DNA of 64,000 bases from Pseudomonas aeruginosa PAO1 (GCF_000006765.1 NC_002516.2); one strand, 5' to 3'; shown: positions 27,841 through 37,920, numbered from the stretch's first letter. The notes: generated from the letters alone by a model not told the origin. Made by a program: numbers and translations.

Positions 27841-29039
27841 GCGGCGTGCCCCCAGTCCTCGAAGGGGTCGTCCAGGCCCTGCCAGCCGGGGATGCCCAGG
27901 TTCATCTCGGCGTCATCCAGCAGGCAGGCGTCCAGGGCTGCGCGCAGGGCCGCGAAGTCCAGGTTCTGACCGATGAAAACCAGCTCCTGGCGACAGTCGC
28001 CGACGCCTTCCTCCCAGTGCCGCATGATCGCCCGCAGGCCCTCTTCGTCCTGTGGCCACTGTCCGGTCGGCACGAATCGCCACCAGCGGCCCGCCAGACC
28101 GTAGCGCATCAGGCCGCCGGCCTGCGACCAGCTGCCGGCCTCGCGGGGCCGGCTGGCGAGCCAGAAGAAGCCCTTGGAGCGCAGCAGCCGCCCCTGCTTC
28201 AGCGGATTGTGCAGGAAGGCGTGGAAGCGCGCGGGGTGGAACGGCCGGCGCGCCCGGTAGGCCATGGAGGCGATGCCATATTCCTCGGTTTCCGGCAGGT
28301 GCTCGCCGCGCAGTTCCTTCAGCCAGCCCGGCGCGGACGCCGCGCGATCGAAATCGAAGCGACCGGTATCGAGGATCTTCGCCAGCGGCACCTGACCCAT
28401 CACCATCGGCAGGATCTCCGCCTCGGCATTGAGCTGGCGCAGGATCGCCAGCAGTTCCTCGCGCTGCTCGCTGGAGATCAGGTCGATCTTGCTGACCAGG
28501 ATCACGTCGGCGAATTCGACCTGGTCGATCAGCAGGTCGGTGATCGAGCGCTGATCCTCCTCACCGAGGGTTTCGCCACGACTGGCCAGGCTGGCGGCCT
28601 CCTGGTAGTCGCGGAGAAAATTCATCCCGTCGACCACCGTGACCATGGTATCCAGTCGCGCCACGTCGGACAGGCTGCGGTCCAGCTCGTCGCGGAAGGT
28701 GAAGGTCTCGGCCACCGGCATCGGTTCGGAAATCCCGGTGGACTCAATCAGCAGGTAGTCGAAGCGGCCTTCCCGGGCGAGACGGCCGACCTCTTCCAGC
28801 AGGTCTTCGCGCAGGGTGCAGCAGATACAGCCGTTGCTCATCTCCACCAGGCGTTCTTCAGCGCGGTTCAGGCTGACATCGCGCTGGACCTCGCTGCCAT
28901 CGATATTGATTTCGCTCATATCGTTGACGATCACCGCAACCCGTCGGTTCTCGCGGTTCTTCAGCACATGGTTGAGCAGCGTGCTCTTGCCGGCGCCGAG
29001 AAAGCCGGACAGCACGGTGACAGGTAGGCGTTGGTTCAC
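27837..29039 (-). CDS. zigA: Zinc metallochaperone GTPase, COG0523 family (PA5535 ortholog)
   Basis: [44 protein letters not shown] and QELVFIG. Start taken as GTG (VNQRLPV) at 29039. Confidence 0.85.
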   Translation of the reverse strand: MNQRLPVTVLSGFLGAGKSTLLNHVLKNRENRRVAVIVNDMSEINIDGSEVQRDVSLNRAEERLVEMSNGCICCTLREDLLEEVGRLAREGRFDYLLIESTGISEPMPVAETFTFRDELDRSLSDVARLDTMVTVVDGMNFLRDYQEAASLASRGETLGEEDQRSITDLLIDQVEFADVILVSKIDLISSEQREELLAILRQLNAEAEILPMVMGQVPLAKILDTGRFDFDRAASAPGWLKELRGEHLPETEEYGIASMAYRARRPFHPARFHAFLHNPLKQGRLLRSKGFFWLASRPREAGSWSQAGGLMRYGLAGRWWRFVPTGQWPQDEEGLRAIMRHWEEGVGDCRQELVFIGQNLDFAALRAALDACLLDDAEMNLGIPGWQGLDDPFEDWGHAA

Positions 29040-29053
29040 GGTTGGTAACCTCT

Positions 29054-29458
29054 TCAGTTGTGCCGCACGTGGCGTTCGCGCTTCTCCTGGCGCTCTTTCG
29101 CCTCGATGCAGAGGGTGGCGGTGGGACGCAACAGCAGGCGGCGCAGGCCGATCGGCTCGCCGGTTTCCTGGCACCAGCCGTAGTCGCCGCGGGCCAGGCG
29201 CTCCAGCGCTTCGTCGATCTTGTCGAGCAGCTTCTTCTCCCGCTCCAGCAGGCGAAGTTGCCATTGCCGCTGTTCCTCGCGGGAAGCCAGGTCGGCCTCG
29301 TCGCTGGGGCGTTCGAGATCGCGCAGCTCGCCGAATTCGCCTTCGATGCGCGCCTGAAGTTCCTGTCGCTGACGCAGCAGCAGGTCGCGGAAGAAGTCCT
29401 GCTGGGCTTCGTCCATGTAGGCAGCGTCGGGCTGGGCAAGCAGTTCCTGTTCGGTCAT
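29054..29458 (-). CDS. dksA2: Zinc-independent DksA paralog
   Basis: DEADLA coiled-coil tip, and CQET...CIEA with only two Cys where the zinc-binding DksA has four. Confidence 0.92.
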   Translation of the reverse strand: MTEQELLAQPDAAYMDEAQQDFFRDLLLRQRQELQARIEGEFGELRDLERPSDEADLASREEQRQWQLRLLEREKKLLDKIDEALERLARGDYGWCQETGEPIGLRRLLLRPTATLCIEAKERQEKRERHVRHN

Positions 29459-29483
29459 GGGCTGAACCTGGGAAATTTAAAAC

Positions 29484-29496
29484 GTTATACTATAAC
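29484..29496. promoter_or_regulatory. Zur box between dksA2 and the divergent gene
   Basis: Palindrome GTTATA-C-TATAAC, near-identical to the site at 31200. Confidence 0.85.
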
Positions 29497-29570
29497 AATT
29501 AACACCACAATCGATGGCCCGCCAATCGCCTTCCGGCTACCCTGGGCCCACGTCATCCCGGGATCCACCG

Positions 29571-29987
29571 ATGCGCCGCGTCCTCCGCCTTTACTGCCTG
29601 GCCCTCCTGCTGCTCGCTCCGGCGGCACAGGCGCAGGGCTTTCTTCCCGGCACCCGCCCGGCGGAATGCGCTTACCTGCGCACCGTTCTGGCCTGCATGG
29701 ATCGGCTGGGCAACCACTACAGCGTCGCCACCGGCGGCAACGACACCTGGCTGCGCGGCTACGACGCGGCGAGCGGACGACGCTGGGCCCAGACCAATAC
29801 GCGCTACGGGCGCCTGACCTTCTTCAGCGGCATCGCCAGCGATGGGGAAATCTGGGTCGGCCTCAGCCGCAACATCGGCTGGACCAGCGTCAGCCGCCTG
29901 AGCAGTTCATCGGGCCAGCGCCAACGCCTGACCTGCGGGCGGGTCAGCGGCTGCAGCGAAGGCCCTAGCCGGGAGGCTGCGCGCTGA
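29571..29987 (+). CDS. Small exported hypothetical protein (PA5537 ortholog)
   Basis: Signal peptide (AQA), paired Cys at both ends. Confidence 0.7.
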   Translation: MRRVLRLYCLALLLLAPAAQAQGFLPGTRPAECAYLRTVLACMDRLGNHYSVATGGNDTWLRGYDAASGRRWAQTNTRYGRLTFFSGIASDGEIWVGLSRNIGWTSVSRLSSSSGQRQRLTCGRVSGCSEGPSREAAR

Positions 29988-31158
29988 GCGCCGCCAGGTA
30001 GCTGCCGGCGGGAGGGCGTTGCCGGAAGTAGCCCTGCACGCCAGCGAAGATCGCCTCGGCCAGGCGCTGGCGATGGCGTTCGTCCATCAACCGGCGACAA
30101 TCGCCGCGATTCGAGATGAAGCCGGTCTCCACCAGGATCGAAGGGATGTCCGGCGACTTGAGCACGGCGAAGCCGGCCTGCTCGACACGCTTCTGGTGCA
30201 GCGCGGTGACGTCCGACAACTGGCCGAGAACGCTGTGGCCGAGGTCCAGGCTGCTGGCGATGGTCGAACTCAGGGCCATGTCGAGGATCACCCCGGCGAG
30301 TACCTTGTCGCGGCCCTGTAGCGGCAGGTTGCCGCTGTTGCCGATCAGGTCGGCGCCGTTCTCGCGCTCGGCCATCCAGCGCGCCATGGTCGAGCTGGCG
30401 CCATGCTCGGAGAGGGCATATACCGACGCGCCGGAGGCGGTCAGTCGCGGCGCCGCGTCGGCGTGCACCGAAACGAACATGTCGGCGTTGTAGCGCCGGG
30501 CCACTTCCGGCCGCTTGCGCAGCGGGACGAACACATCGCCGTTGCGCACCAGGCGCGCCTTGAAGCCTTTCTCACGGTCGATCCGCCGCGCCAGCAGGCG
30601 GGCGATGGCCAGCGCCACGTCCTTTTCGCGCTCGCCCTTGCTACCGACCGCGCCGGGGTCCTTGCCGCCATGGCCGGCATCGACCACCACGAGGATGTCG
30701 CGGCCCGTCGAGGGTAGCGGGCGGGCCAGCGCCAGCATTGGCTCGGGGGGCGCCGCCAGCGCCTGTGGATATAGGTCCAGGACCAGGCGATGGCCCTTTC
30801 CCGCCTGCGGTTCCAGGGCGAAGCTGCGCGGCCTGACCGCTTGGCGCAGATCGAGGACGATGCGCGTCCCGCCGCCACCCAGTTGGCCACTGCGTATGGC
30901 GCGCACGGGGCCGTCCAGCGGTAGCTCGGAGAGCGTTGCGAGCAATTGCGCGTCGGGCAGGTCGAGGATCAACCGCTCGGGGGCCTGCAGGGAAAAGGTT
31001 CGATAACGCGGCGGGCCGTCCAGTTCCAGCACCAGGCGCCAGCTTTCCGAGGAATTCCAGGCCCGGGCCTGGCGGATTCGTACATTGGCGCTGGCGGCTA
31101 GGAACGGCTGGAGGGCCAGGCCGGCGAGCAGGCTTTGCAGGAGACGACGGCGCTTCAT
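29965..31158 (-). CDS. amiA: N-acetylmuramoyl-L-alanine amidase AmiA
   Basis: Tat-like MKRRRLL leader, AMIN domain, VDAGHGGKDPGA, SVHAD and SILVETGF. Confidence 0.92.
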   Translation of the reverse strand: MKRRRLLQSLLAGLALQPFLAASANVRIRQARAWNSSESWRLVLELDGPPRYRTFSLQAPERLILDLPDAQLLATLSELPLDGPVRAIRSGQLGGGGTRIVLDLRQAVRPRSFALEPQAGKGHRLVLDLYPQALAAPPEPMLALARPLPSTGRDILVVVDAGHGGKDPGAVGSKGEREKDVALAIARLLARRIDREKGFKARLVRNGDVFVPLRKRPEVARRYNADMFVSVHADAAPRLTASGASVYALSEHGASSTMARWMAERENGADLIGNSGNLPLQGRDKVLAGVILDMALSSTIASSLDLGHSVLGQLSDVTALHQKRVEQAGFAVLKSPDIPSILVETGFISNRGDCRRLMDERHRQRLAEAIFAGVQGYFRQRPPAGSYLAALSAQPPG

Positions 31159-31199
31159 CGACGAAATACCCGATTGCAAGGGTCGGCATTAGCTAATAC

Positions 31200-31212
31200 G
31201 TTATATTATAAC
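31200..31212. promoter_or_regulatory. Zur box between amiA and folE2
   Basis: Palindrome GTTATA-T-TATAAC. Confidence 0.85.
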
Positions 31213-31257
31213 ATTCAAGCCATTTCCAGGCCTTGCCTACCCTTCTTCGAGTTCTCC

Positions 31258-32154
31258 ATGAATGCCTTGACGCTTCCCGATATCGCCCGCCAGACCACCA
31301 CCGCCGATCTTCCCCTGGACTGGGTCGGCATGCAGGGCATCGCCCTTCCCGTGCAGATCGGCGGGCAGAGGGTCGCCGCCGAAGCCGATGCCGGTGTCAG
31401 CCTGGACGACCCGCAGGCCCGCGGCATCCATATGTCGCGCCTCTACCTGGCGCTGGCCGAACTGGAACAGGGCGAGCTGGACCTTTCCTGCCTGCGCGCC
31501 GTCCTGCAACGCTTCCTCGACAGCCACGCCGGCCTGTCGCGTCGCGCCTACCTGCGCCTACGCCTCGCGCCGCTGCTGCGGCGTCCGGCGCTGGTCAGCC
31601 CGCTGAGCGGCTGGAAACGTTATCCACTGGTGCTGGACACGCGCCTGGAAGGCGATGACTTCCAGGCCGAAGTCCATCTCGAGCTGACCTACTCCTCGAC
31701 CTGCCCCTGTTCGGCGGCACTGGCCCGGCAATTGATCCAGGAGCGCTTCGACCAGGACTTCGCCGGACAGCCGCTCGATCATGCCAGCGTGCTCGCCTGG
31801 CTCGGCAGCAGCGCCGGCATCGTCGCCACCCCGCACAGCCAGCGCAGCAGCGCGCACCTGCGCATCGGCCTGGCGGAAGACTGCATCGGACTGCCCCTGG
31901 AAGAGCTGGCGGATCTCGGCGAAAGCGCCCTCGGCACCGCGGTGCAGACTGCGGTGAAACGCGCCGACGAGCAGGCCTTCGCCCTCGCCAACGGGCAGAA
32001 CCTGATGTTCTGCGAGGACGCGGTGCGCCGGCTGCACCGCGCCCTGCAGGGTTATCCACAGGCGAGCCGGTTCTCCATACGGGTCGTCCATGCGGAAAGC
32101 CTGCATGCCCATGACGCCGTCGCCGAAAGCCATTGGCAGCGAGGTGCAGCATGA
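31258..32154 (+). CDS. folE2: GTP cyclohydrolase IB (zinc-independent FolE2)
   Basis: GIHMSR, STCPCS, TPHSQRS, FCEDA and ESLHAHDA motifs. Confidence 0.93.
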   Translation: MNALTLPDIARQTTTADLPLDWVGMQGIALPVQIGGQRVAAEADAGVSLDDPQARGIHMSRLYLALAELEQGELDLSCLRAVLQRFLDSHAGLSRRAYLRLRLAPLLRRPALVSPLSGWKRYPLVLDTRLEGDDFQAEVHLELTYSSTCPCSAALARQLIQERFDQDFAGQPLDHASVLAWLGSSAGIVATPHSQRSSAHLRIGLAEDCIGLPLEELADLGESALGTAVQTAVKRADEQAFALANGQNLMFCEDAVRRLHRALQGYPQASRFSIRVVHAESLHAHDAVAESHWQRGAA

Positions 32155-32711
32155 TCCGCAAGAATCCCTCCGGCGACCTGCCGGTGATCGACGAATCGGC
32201 CTATGTGGACAAGACCGCGATCATCTGCGGCAAGGTGATCATCCAGGCCAACGTCTTCGTCGGTCCCTACGCAGTGATCCGTGCCGACGAAGTCGACGCC
32301 GACGGCGGCATGCAACCGATCGTGATCGGCGCCAACTCGAACATCCAGGACGGCGTGGTGATCCATTCCAAGTCGGGTGCCGCGGTGACCATCGGCGAGC
32401 ACAGCTCCATCGCCCACCGCTCCATCGTCCACGGTCCTTGCGAAGTCGGCGACCGGGTCTTCATCGGCTTCAACAGCGTGCTGTTCAACTGCCGGGTCGG
32501 CGATGGCTGCGTGGTCCGCCACAACGCGGTGGTCGACGGCTGCGACCTGCCAGCGGGTTTCTACGTACCGTCCACCGAGCGCATCGGTCCGCGCACCGAC
32601 CTGGCGAGCATGCCGCGGGTCAGCGTTTCCGCCAGCGAGTTCTCGGAAGACGTGGCGCGCACCAACGTCGACCTGGTACGCGGCTACAAGTCGCTGCAGA
32701 ACGAGTTCTGA
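32151..32711 (+). CDS. Gamma-class carbonic anhydrase-like protein (PA5540 ortholog)
   Basis: Hexapeptide left-handed beta-helix, IRAD, NIQDGVVIH and AHRSIVHG. ATGA overlap with folE2. Confidence 0.88.
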   Translation: MIRKNPSGDLPVIDESAYVDKTAIICGKVIIQANVFVGPYAVIRADEVDADGGMQPIVIGANSNIQDGVVIHSKSGAAVTIGEHSSIAHRSIVHGPCEVGDRVFIGFNSVLFNCRVGDGCVVRHNAVVDGCDLPAGFYVPSTERIGPRTDLASMPRVSVSASEFSEDVARTNVDLVRGYKSLQNEF

Positions 32712-32713
32712 AC

Positions 32714-34051
32714 ATGCAAAGCCTGCTGATCCGCAATGCCCGGATGGTCAACGAGGGGCAGGTACGCGAAGGCGATCTGCTGGTCCGCCACGGTCGCATC
32801 GAACGCATCGCCGGCTGCCTGGAAAACTGCGGCGCCAGCCGGGAGATCGATGCCGCCGGACGCTACCTGCTGCCGGGAATGATCGACGACCAGGTGCACT
32901 TCCGCGAGCCGGGTTATCCACAGAAGGGCTCGATCGCCAGCGAATCCCGCGCCGCCGTGGCGGGCGGCATCACCAGTTTCATGGACATGCCCAATACCCG
33001 CCCGGCGACGCTGAGCCTCGAAGCGCTGGCGGAAAAGAAGCGCCTCGCCGCCGCCCATAGCGTGGCCAACTACGGTTTCCACTTCGGCGTCAGCCGCGAC
33101 AACCTCGACACCGTGGCCGCCCTCGATCCACGCGAGGTCGCCGCGGTGAAGGTGTTCATGGGCGCCTCCACCGGCGACATGCTGGTGGACGACCTGCCGA
33201 CCCTGGAGCGCCTGTTCGCCAGCGTTCCGACCCTGCTGCTGAGCCATTGCGAAGACACGCCGCGGATCGAAGCCAACCTGGCGCGCTGGCGACAACGCTT
33301 CGGTGAACGTATTCCGGCAGCCGCCCACCCGCGCATTCGCGACGCCGAGGCTTGCTACCGTTCCACCGCCCTGGCGGTGGAACTGGCGCAACGACATGGC
33401 ACGCTGCTGCATGTCCTGCACTTATCCACAGCGCGTGAACTGGCCCTGTTCGAGGACAAGCCGCTGTGCCAGAAACGCATCACCGCGGAAGTCTGCGTCC
33501 ACCATCTGCTGTTCGACGACAGCGACTACGCCCGCCTCGGCCATCTGCTCAAGTGCAACCCGGCGATCAAGAGCCGCGAGGACCGCGACGCCCTGCGCAG
33601 GGCGCTGGCCGGCAACCGCCTGGACGTGATCGGCACCGACCACGCGCCGCACGCCTGGGCCGAGAAGCAGCAGGCTTATCCACAGGCGCCGGCCGGCCTG
33701 CCACTGGTCCAGCATGCGTTGCCGGCACTCCTGGAGCTGGTCCGCGAAGGCTGGCTGTCGCTGGCCACCCTGGTGGCGAAGACCAGCCACCGGGTCGCCG
33801 AACTGTTCGCCATCGCCGATCGCGGTTTCCTCCGCGAAGGTTACTGGGCCGACCTGGTGCTGGTCAGCGAACTGGAGCACCCGGCGCTGGCCAGCGCCAT
33901 GCCGCTGCTGTCGCGCTGCAACTGGACGCCGTTCCGCCACCGGGCATTCCACCATCGGATCGATACCACCATCGTCTCCGGGCAACTCGCCTGGCACGCG
34001 GGACGCCTGTCCGACGATTGCCAGGGACTGCCCCTGCGGTTTTCCCGCTGA
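32714..34051 (+). CDS. pyrQ: Dihydroorotase paralog (PyrC2/PyrQ)
   Basis: LPGMIDDQVHFREPG, DMPNT, KCNPAIK and IGTDHAPH. Confidence 0.9.
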   Translation: MQSLLIRNARMVNEGQVREGDLLVRHGRIERIAGCLENCGASREIDAAGRYLLPGMIDDQVHFREPGYPQKGSIASESRAAVAGGITSFMDMPNTRPATLSLEALAEKKRLAAAHSVANYGFHFGVSRDNLDTVAALDPREVAAVKVFMGASTGDMLVDDLPTLERLFASVPTLLLSHCEDTPRIEANLARWRQRFGERIPAAAHPRIRDAEACYRSTALAVELAQRHGTLLHVLHLSTARELALFEDKPLCQKRITAEVCVHHLLFDDSDYARLGHLLKCNPAIKSREDRDALRRALAGNRLDVIGTDHAPHAWAEKQQAYPQAPAGLPLVQHALPALLELVREGWLSLATLVAKTSHRVAELFAIADRGFLREGYWADLVLVSELEHPALASAMPLLSRCNWTPFRHRAFHHRIDTTIVSGQLAWHAGRLSDDCQGLPLRFSR

Positions 34052-34095
34052 AGTCTTGTCCACAGCCTGCTGTGGATATCCGTTCGCCCACGGCC

Positions 34096-35340
34096 CTAGC
34101 GCAGGGCTTTCACCGCCGCGCCAAGGAAGGCATAGGTCTCCTCCTCGCGATCGTCCATCTCCGGCTTCGGCCAGGCGCTCCAGACCACCGCCACGATCTT
34201 CTCCTTGCGGTTGATGTAGAGGTACTGGCCGAAGATGCCCTGGGCTTCGAAGGCCCCGCCGTCATGCTCGGGCAGGGCCTTGGCGCCCACCGGGAAGGTC
34301 CACCACTGGTAGCCGTAGCCGAGCGCGTATTCGCCATCGTAGAGCTTGCCCGGGGCCAGGTGGGAAGAAGCCTCGACGCGACTGGCACGATCGACCCAAC
34401 CTTCGGGGAGGATACGTTCGCCATCGATCACCCCGTCCTCGAGGACGAACTGGCCGAAGCGGCCATAGTCGCGCAGGGTCGCGCTCAAGCCGCTGCTGCC
34501 GATCTCTTGCCCGGCCGGCGATTCCAGTTGCCAGAAGCCGTCGCTCTCCATGCCCATTCGCGCCCAGATCCGCTCGGACAGGTAGTCGCTCACCGGAATG
34601 CGGGTCGCCGCGTGCAGCAGCTCGCTCTGCAGGTGCGACTCGCCGGTGCTGTAGGTGAAGTGGGTACCGCTCGGGTACTGCCGCGGCAGGCTCGCCAGCA
34701 GCCGCAGGATGCCACCGGGACGTTCGGCGAGCTGGGCGTCGAACATCTGCCGGCGGTCGGACTTCGGATCGCGATAGGTCTCGTTCCAGCGGACCCCGGA
34801 ACTCATCTGCAGGACCTGCTCCACCGTCACCCCCTGGTAGGCGGAGCCGGCCAGGCTCGGCAGGTACTTGTCCACAGGCTGGTCGAGAGCCAGCAGGCCC
34901 TGCTGCACGGCGGCGCCCACCAGGGTCGAGGAGATCGACTTGACCACCGAGAACGAGGTCCAGCGCGTCCGTTCGTCGTTGCCCAGGCCGTAGCGCTCCA
35001 GGGCGACCTTGCCATCCTTGAGGATCAGCACGCCGCCAACGCGGTTGCGCCGCATGAAATCGTCGACGCCGTATTCCTCGCCGCCGATCCGGTAGCGCGG
35101 CGCGATGGCCACACCCGCCGGCAGCGGACGGACCTTGGTCCCCTTGTGGATAACCCGGGTCGGATAGACCTTGTCCATGTTCCGGTAGGTGTCCGGCTGG
35201 TATTCCGGGATCAGTTCATAGAGATCGGCGGCACGGCCGATCCGCGGGTTTTCCACAGCCGCGTCGGCGCCGGCCGAGCCGCTTGCCGAGACGAACAGTG
35301 CCAGCAGGGCCGGCCGGAAGACTGATATACAGCTACGCAT
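34096..35340 (-). CDS. Serine beta-lactamase/AmpC-like hydrolase, PIB-1-like (PA5542 ortholog)
   Basis: Signal peptide, SFSVVKS (SxxK), FTYST and YGYQWW motifs. Confidence 0.85.
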   Translation of the reverse strand: MRSCISVFRPALLALFVSASGSAGADAAVENPRIGRAADLYELIPEYQPDTYRNMDKVYPTRVIHKGTKVRPLPAGVAIAPRYRIGGEEYGVDDFMRRNRVGGVLILKDGKVALERYGLGNDERTRWTSFSVVKSISSTLVGAAVQQGLLALDQPVDKYLPSLAGSAYQGVTVEQVLQMSSGVRWNETYRDPKSDRRQMFDAQLAERPGGILRLLASLPRQYPSGTHFTYSTGESHLQSELLHAATRIPVSDYLSERIWARMGMESDGFWQLESPAGQEIGSSGLSATLRDYGRFGQFVLEDGVIDGERILPEGWVDRASRVEASSHLAPGKLYDGEYALGYGYQWWTFPVGAKALPEHDGGAFEAQGIFGQYLYINRKEKIVAVVWSAWPKPEMDDREEETYAFLGAAVKALR

Positions 35341-35426
35341 GGACGTTTTCCTTATGACCGGAAGCAGCTCCGGCTTCGTCGTTTTTATGGATGTGGACTG
35401 GCGTCGCAGTGTTATCCACAGGACGT

Positions 35427-35825
35427 TCAGTCGCTCGGGTCCCGTATCGGACACGCCCAGAGTTCGACCGCCGGGCGCTCAGGGTCCGGCGGACCGATCC
35501 AGCGCGCCAGCGCATCGCAGCGCCCCTGACGGCAGATCCGGTAGTCGCCGGCCTCCGGTGTGCGCCCCAGCCGCAACGGTTGCAGCGGCGGCACCCCACG
35601 GTGGTAATGCCAGGCGCCGTCACGCAGCACGGCGCCCTCGGGAATCTCCATCCCCGCCCCGCTGCCCCGCACCCGGGCCTCTTCCAGCAGCAGGCCGCGC
35701 TCACTCAGGCGATAGTCTTCTTCCCAGAGCACCTTCTCGACCGTGTGTTGCCAGGCCAGGGTGAACGACTGCAGCGGCAGCGTCGCCCAGACGCTGCCGG
35801 CCATGCCCAGACACAGCGCGATCAC
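35427..35825 (-). CDS. DUF1850-family protein (PA5543 ortholog)
   Basis: GTG start. FTLAWQHTVEK, WEEDY and GSGAGM. Overlaps the TRAP permease stop. Confidence 0.8.
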   Translation of the reverse strand: MIALCLGMAGSVWATLPLQSFTLAWQHTVEKVLWEEDYRLSERGLLLEEARVRGSGAGMEIPEGAVLRDGAWHYHRGVPPLQPLRLGRTPEAGDYRICRQGRCDALARWIGPPDPERPAVELWACPIRDPSD

Positions 35826-37846
35826 GCCACCGCCTCGCGCGCACGCTGGCGCCAGAGGTGCCAGCCGATCACCAGCGCGCCGAGGACGAAGCCCAGCTCG
35901 TCGCTGATCGGCAAGGCCAGGACCAGGCTGGCCCCCGCGGCGAACGCCACCAGGCGCTCCCACCAGGCCAGCGGCCCCTGCAGGTAGCCGATGGAAGCCA
36001 TGCCCCACAGGCCGATGGCCAGCACCGCCTTGCAGGTGACATAGAGCGTCGCCCCCCAACCGCCTTCCTGCAGCATCAGCGCCGGGGAATACACCGCCAT
36101 GAACGGCACCACGAAACCCGCCAGGGCGATGCGCACCGCCCAGAAGCTGATCTTCAATCCCCTTTCCTTGGCGATCGGCGCGGCCGCGAAACAGGCCAGC
36201 GCCACCGGAGGGGTGAGGTCGGCGAGGATGCCGAAGTAGAAGACGAACATGTGCGAGACGATCAGCGGCACCCCCAGTTCCAGCAGCGCCGGCGCGGCGA
36301 TGGAGCTGGTGATGATGTAGTTGGGGATGGTCGGGATGCCCATTCCCAGGACCAGGCAGGTGACCATGGTCAGGACCAGCGACAGCAGCAGGTTCTCCCG
36401 TCCCAGGTCGAGCACGTAGCTGGCGAAGGTGGTGGCGATGCCGGTCAGCGAAATCACCCCGATGATGACTCCCACCAGGGTGCAGGCGATGCCCACCGGA
36501 ATCGCATGTCGCGCACCTTCGGCGAGGGCGCGGACGCAGATGCGCAGGGTTTCCCGGCCGCCACGGACGAACCAGCAGGCCAGGGCCAGGGCCGCGATCA
36601 CGACGAAGATCACCCCGATGCCGAGGCGGAAGAACCCCGCGCAGAGCAGCCCCAGCGCCACCCAGAAGGCGATGCGCAGGCCGAGCGAGGACACCCGCAG
36701 GATGATCGCCGAACCGAGGATGACGATGGCGGTCAGCGCCAGGCCGATGGTTCCGGAGAACAGCGGCGTGCGCCCGGAGAACAGCAGCGCGATCAGCACC
36801 AGCAACGGAATCAGCAGGAACCAGCGCTCGCGGACGGCACCCCAGGCGCTCGGACACTGATCGCGCGGCAGGCCCTTTAGATCGGCCCGGCGGGCCTCGA
36901 GGTGGACCATCCAGTACACCGAGCCGAAATACAGCAGGGCCGGGATCAGCGCCGCCTTGGCGATCTCCACGTAGGGGACGTTGATGGTCTCGGCCATAAT
37001 GAACGCCACCGCCCCCATCACCGGCGGCATCAGTTGGCTGCCCATGCTCGCGGTCGCCTCGACGCCGCCGGCGAACGCCGGCTTGTAGCCGAAACGCTTC
37101 ATCAGCGGGATGGTGAACTGTCCGGTGGTGACCACGTTGGCCACGCCGGAGCCGGTGATGGTGCCCATCAGCGCCGAGGAGAATACCGAGACCTTGGCCG
37201 GCCCGCCGACCCGGTGACCGAACAGGCCCATGGCGAAATCGGTGAACAGGCGGATCATGCCGGCCTGCTCGAGGAAGGCGCCGAACAGGATGAACAGATA
37301 GATGTAGGTGGCCGATACGTAGGTCGGCGTGCCGTAGAGACCTTCGGTACCGAACGACAGCTGGTTGACGATCTGGTCGAAGCCGTAGCCGCGGTGGGCC
37401 AGGTCGCCCGGCAGGTGTTCGCCGAACAGGCCATAGGCAAGAAACAGCGCGCAGATGATCGGCAAGGCGATGCCCATCACCCGTCGCGCCGCCTCGAAGA
37501 CCAGGACGATCAGCACCACGCCGACGACCATGTCGGCCTGGGTCAGCTCTCCGGAGCGCTGGATCAGGTCGCCCTCGAAAACCCACTGGTAGACCGCCGT
37601 GCCCAGGCCGGCCATGCCCAGCAACCAGGCCAGCGGCTGCCAGGGGCGACCTATGCCGAAGGCGGGATAGCTGATGTACACCACCAGCAACAGCAGTCCG
37701 ACGTGCATTGCCCGCAGGACCTGGGTGGAAATCAGGGGAAAGGCCGCGGTGACGACCTGGAACACGGAAAAGGCCAGGGCCACGGCGAACAACGCGCGCG
37801 GCCAGTTTTCCGCCTCAAGATGCAGCCCGTTCTGATGATCGCTCAT
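35822..37846 (-). CDS. TRAP transporter fused 4TM/12TM permease (PA5544 ortholog)
   Basis: More than 16 TM segments. GGPAKV, SMGSQLMPPVMG and ADLTPPVAL. Confidence 0.9.
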   Translation of the reverse strand: MSDHQNGLHLEAENWPRALFAVALAFSVFQVVTAAFPLISTQVLRAMHVGLLLLVVYISYPAFGIGRPWQPLAWLLGMAGLGTAVYQWVFEGDLIQRSGELTQADMVVGVVLIVLVFEAARRVMGIALPIICALFLAYGLFGEHLPGDLAHRGYGFDQIVNQLSFGTEGLYGTPTYVSATYIYLFILFGAFLEQAGMIRLFTDFAMGLFGHRVGGPAKVSVFSSALMGTITGSGVANVVTTGQFTIPLMKRFGYKPAFAGGVEATASMGSQLMPPVMGAVAFIMAETINVPYVEIAKAALIPALLYFGSVYWMVHLEARRADLKGLPRDQCPSAWGAVRERWFLLIPLLVLIALLFSGRTPLFSGTIGLALTAIVILGSAIILRVSSLGLRIAFWVALGLLCAGFFRLGIGVIFVVIAALALACWFVRGGRETLRICVRALAEGARHAIPVGIACTLVGVIIGVISLTGIATTFASYVLDLGRENLLLSLVLTMVTCLVLGMGIPTIPNYIITSSIAAPALLELGVPLIVSHMFVFYFGILADLTPPVALACFAAAPIAKERGLKISFWAVRIALAGFVVPFMAVYSPALMLQEGGWGATLYVTCKAVLAIGLWGMASIGYLQGPLAWWERLVAFAAGASLVLALPISDELGFVLGALVIGWHLWRQRAREAVA

Positions 37847-37920
37847 GCATCGACTCCCTACAGCCGGAAACGCGGGGAACCCGGTCCGCCGCACGGACCG
37901 GGGCTACGGAGAAACGGGCC

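Larger units (their letters stand above)
32052..35420. promoter_or_regulatory. DnaA-box cluster C (7 consensus boxes)
   Basis: Exact at 32052, 32914, 33422, 33676, 35145 (minus) and 35412. TTTTCCACA at 35249. One-mismatch boxes at 32204, 34056, 34071 and 34868. Confidence 0.75.

Noticed and set aside
27199-34051. Zinc-independent paralog cluster as a novel system
   Set aside because: The Zur-regulated dksA2/zigA/amiA/folE2/CA/pyrC2 cluster is already well described, so it is listed under features only.
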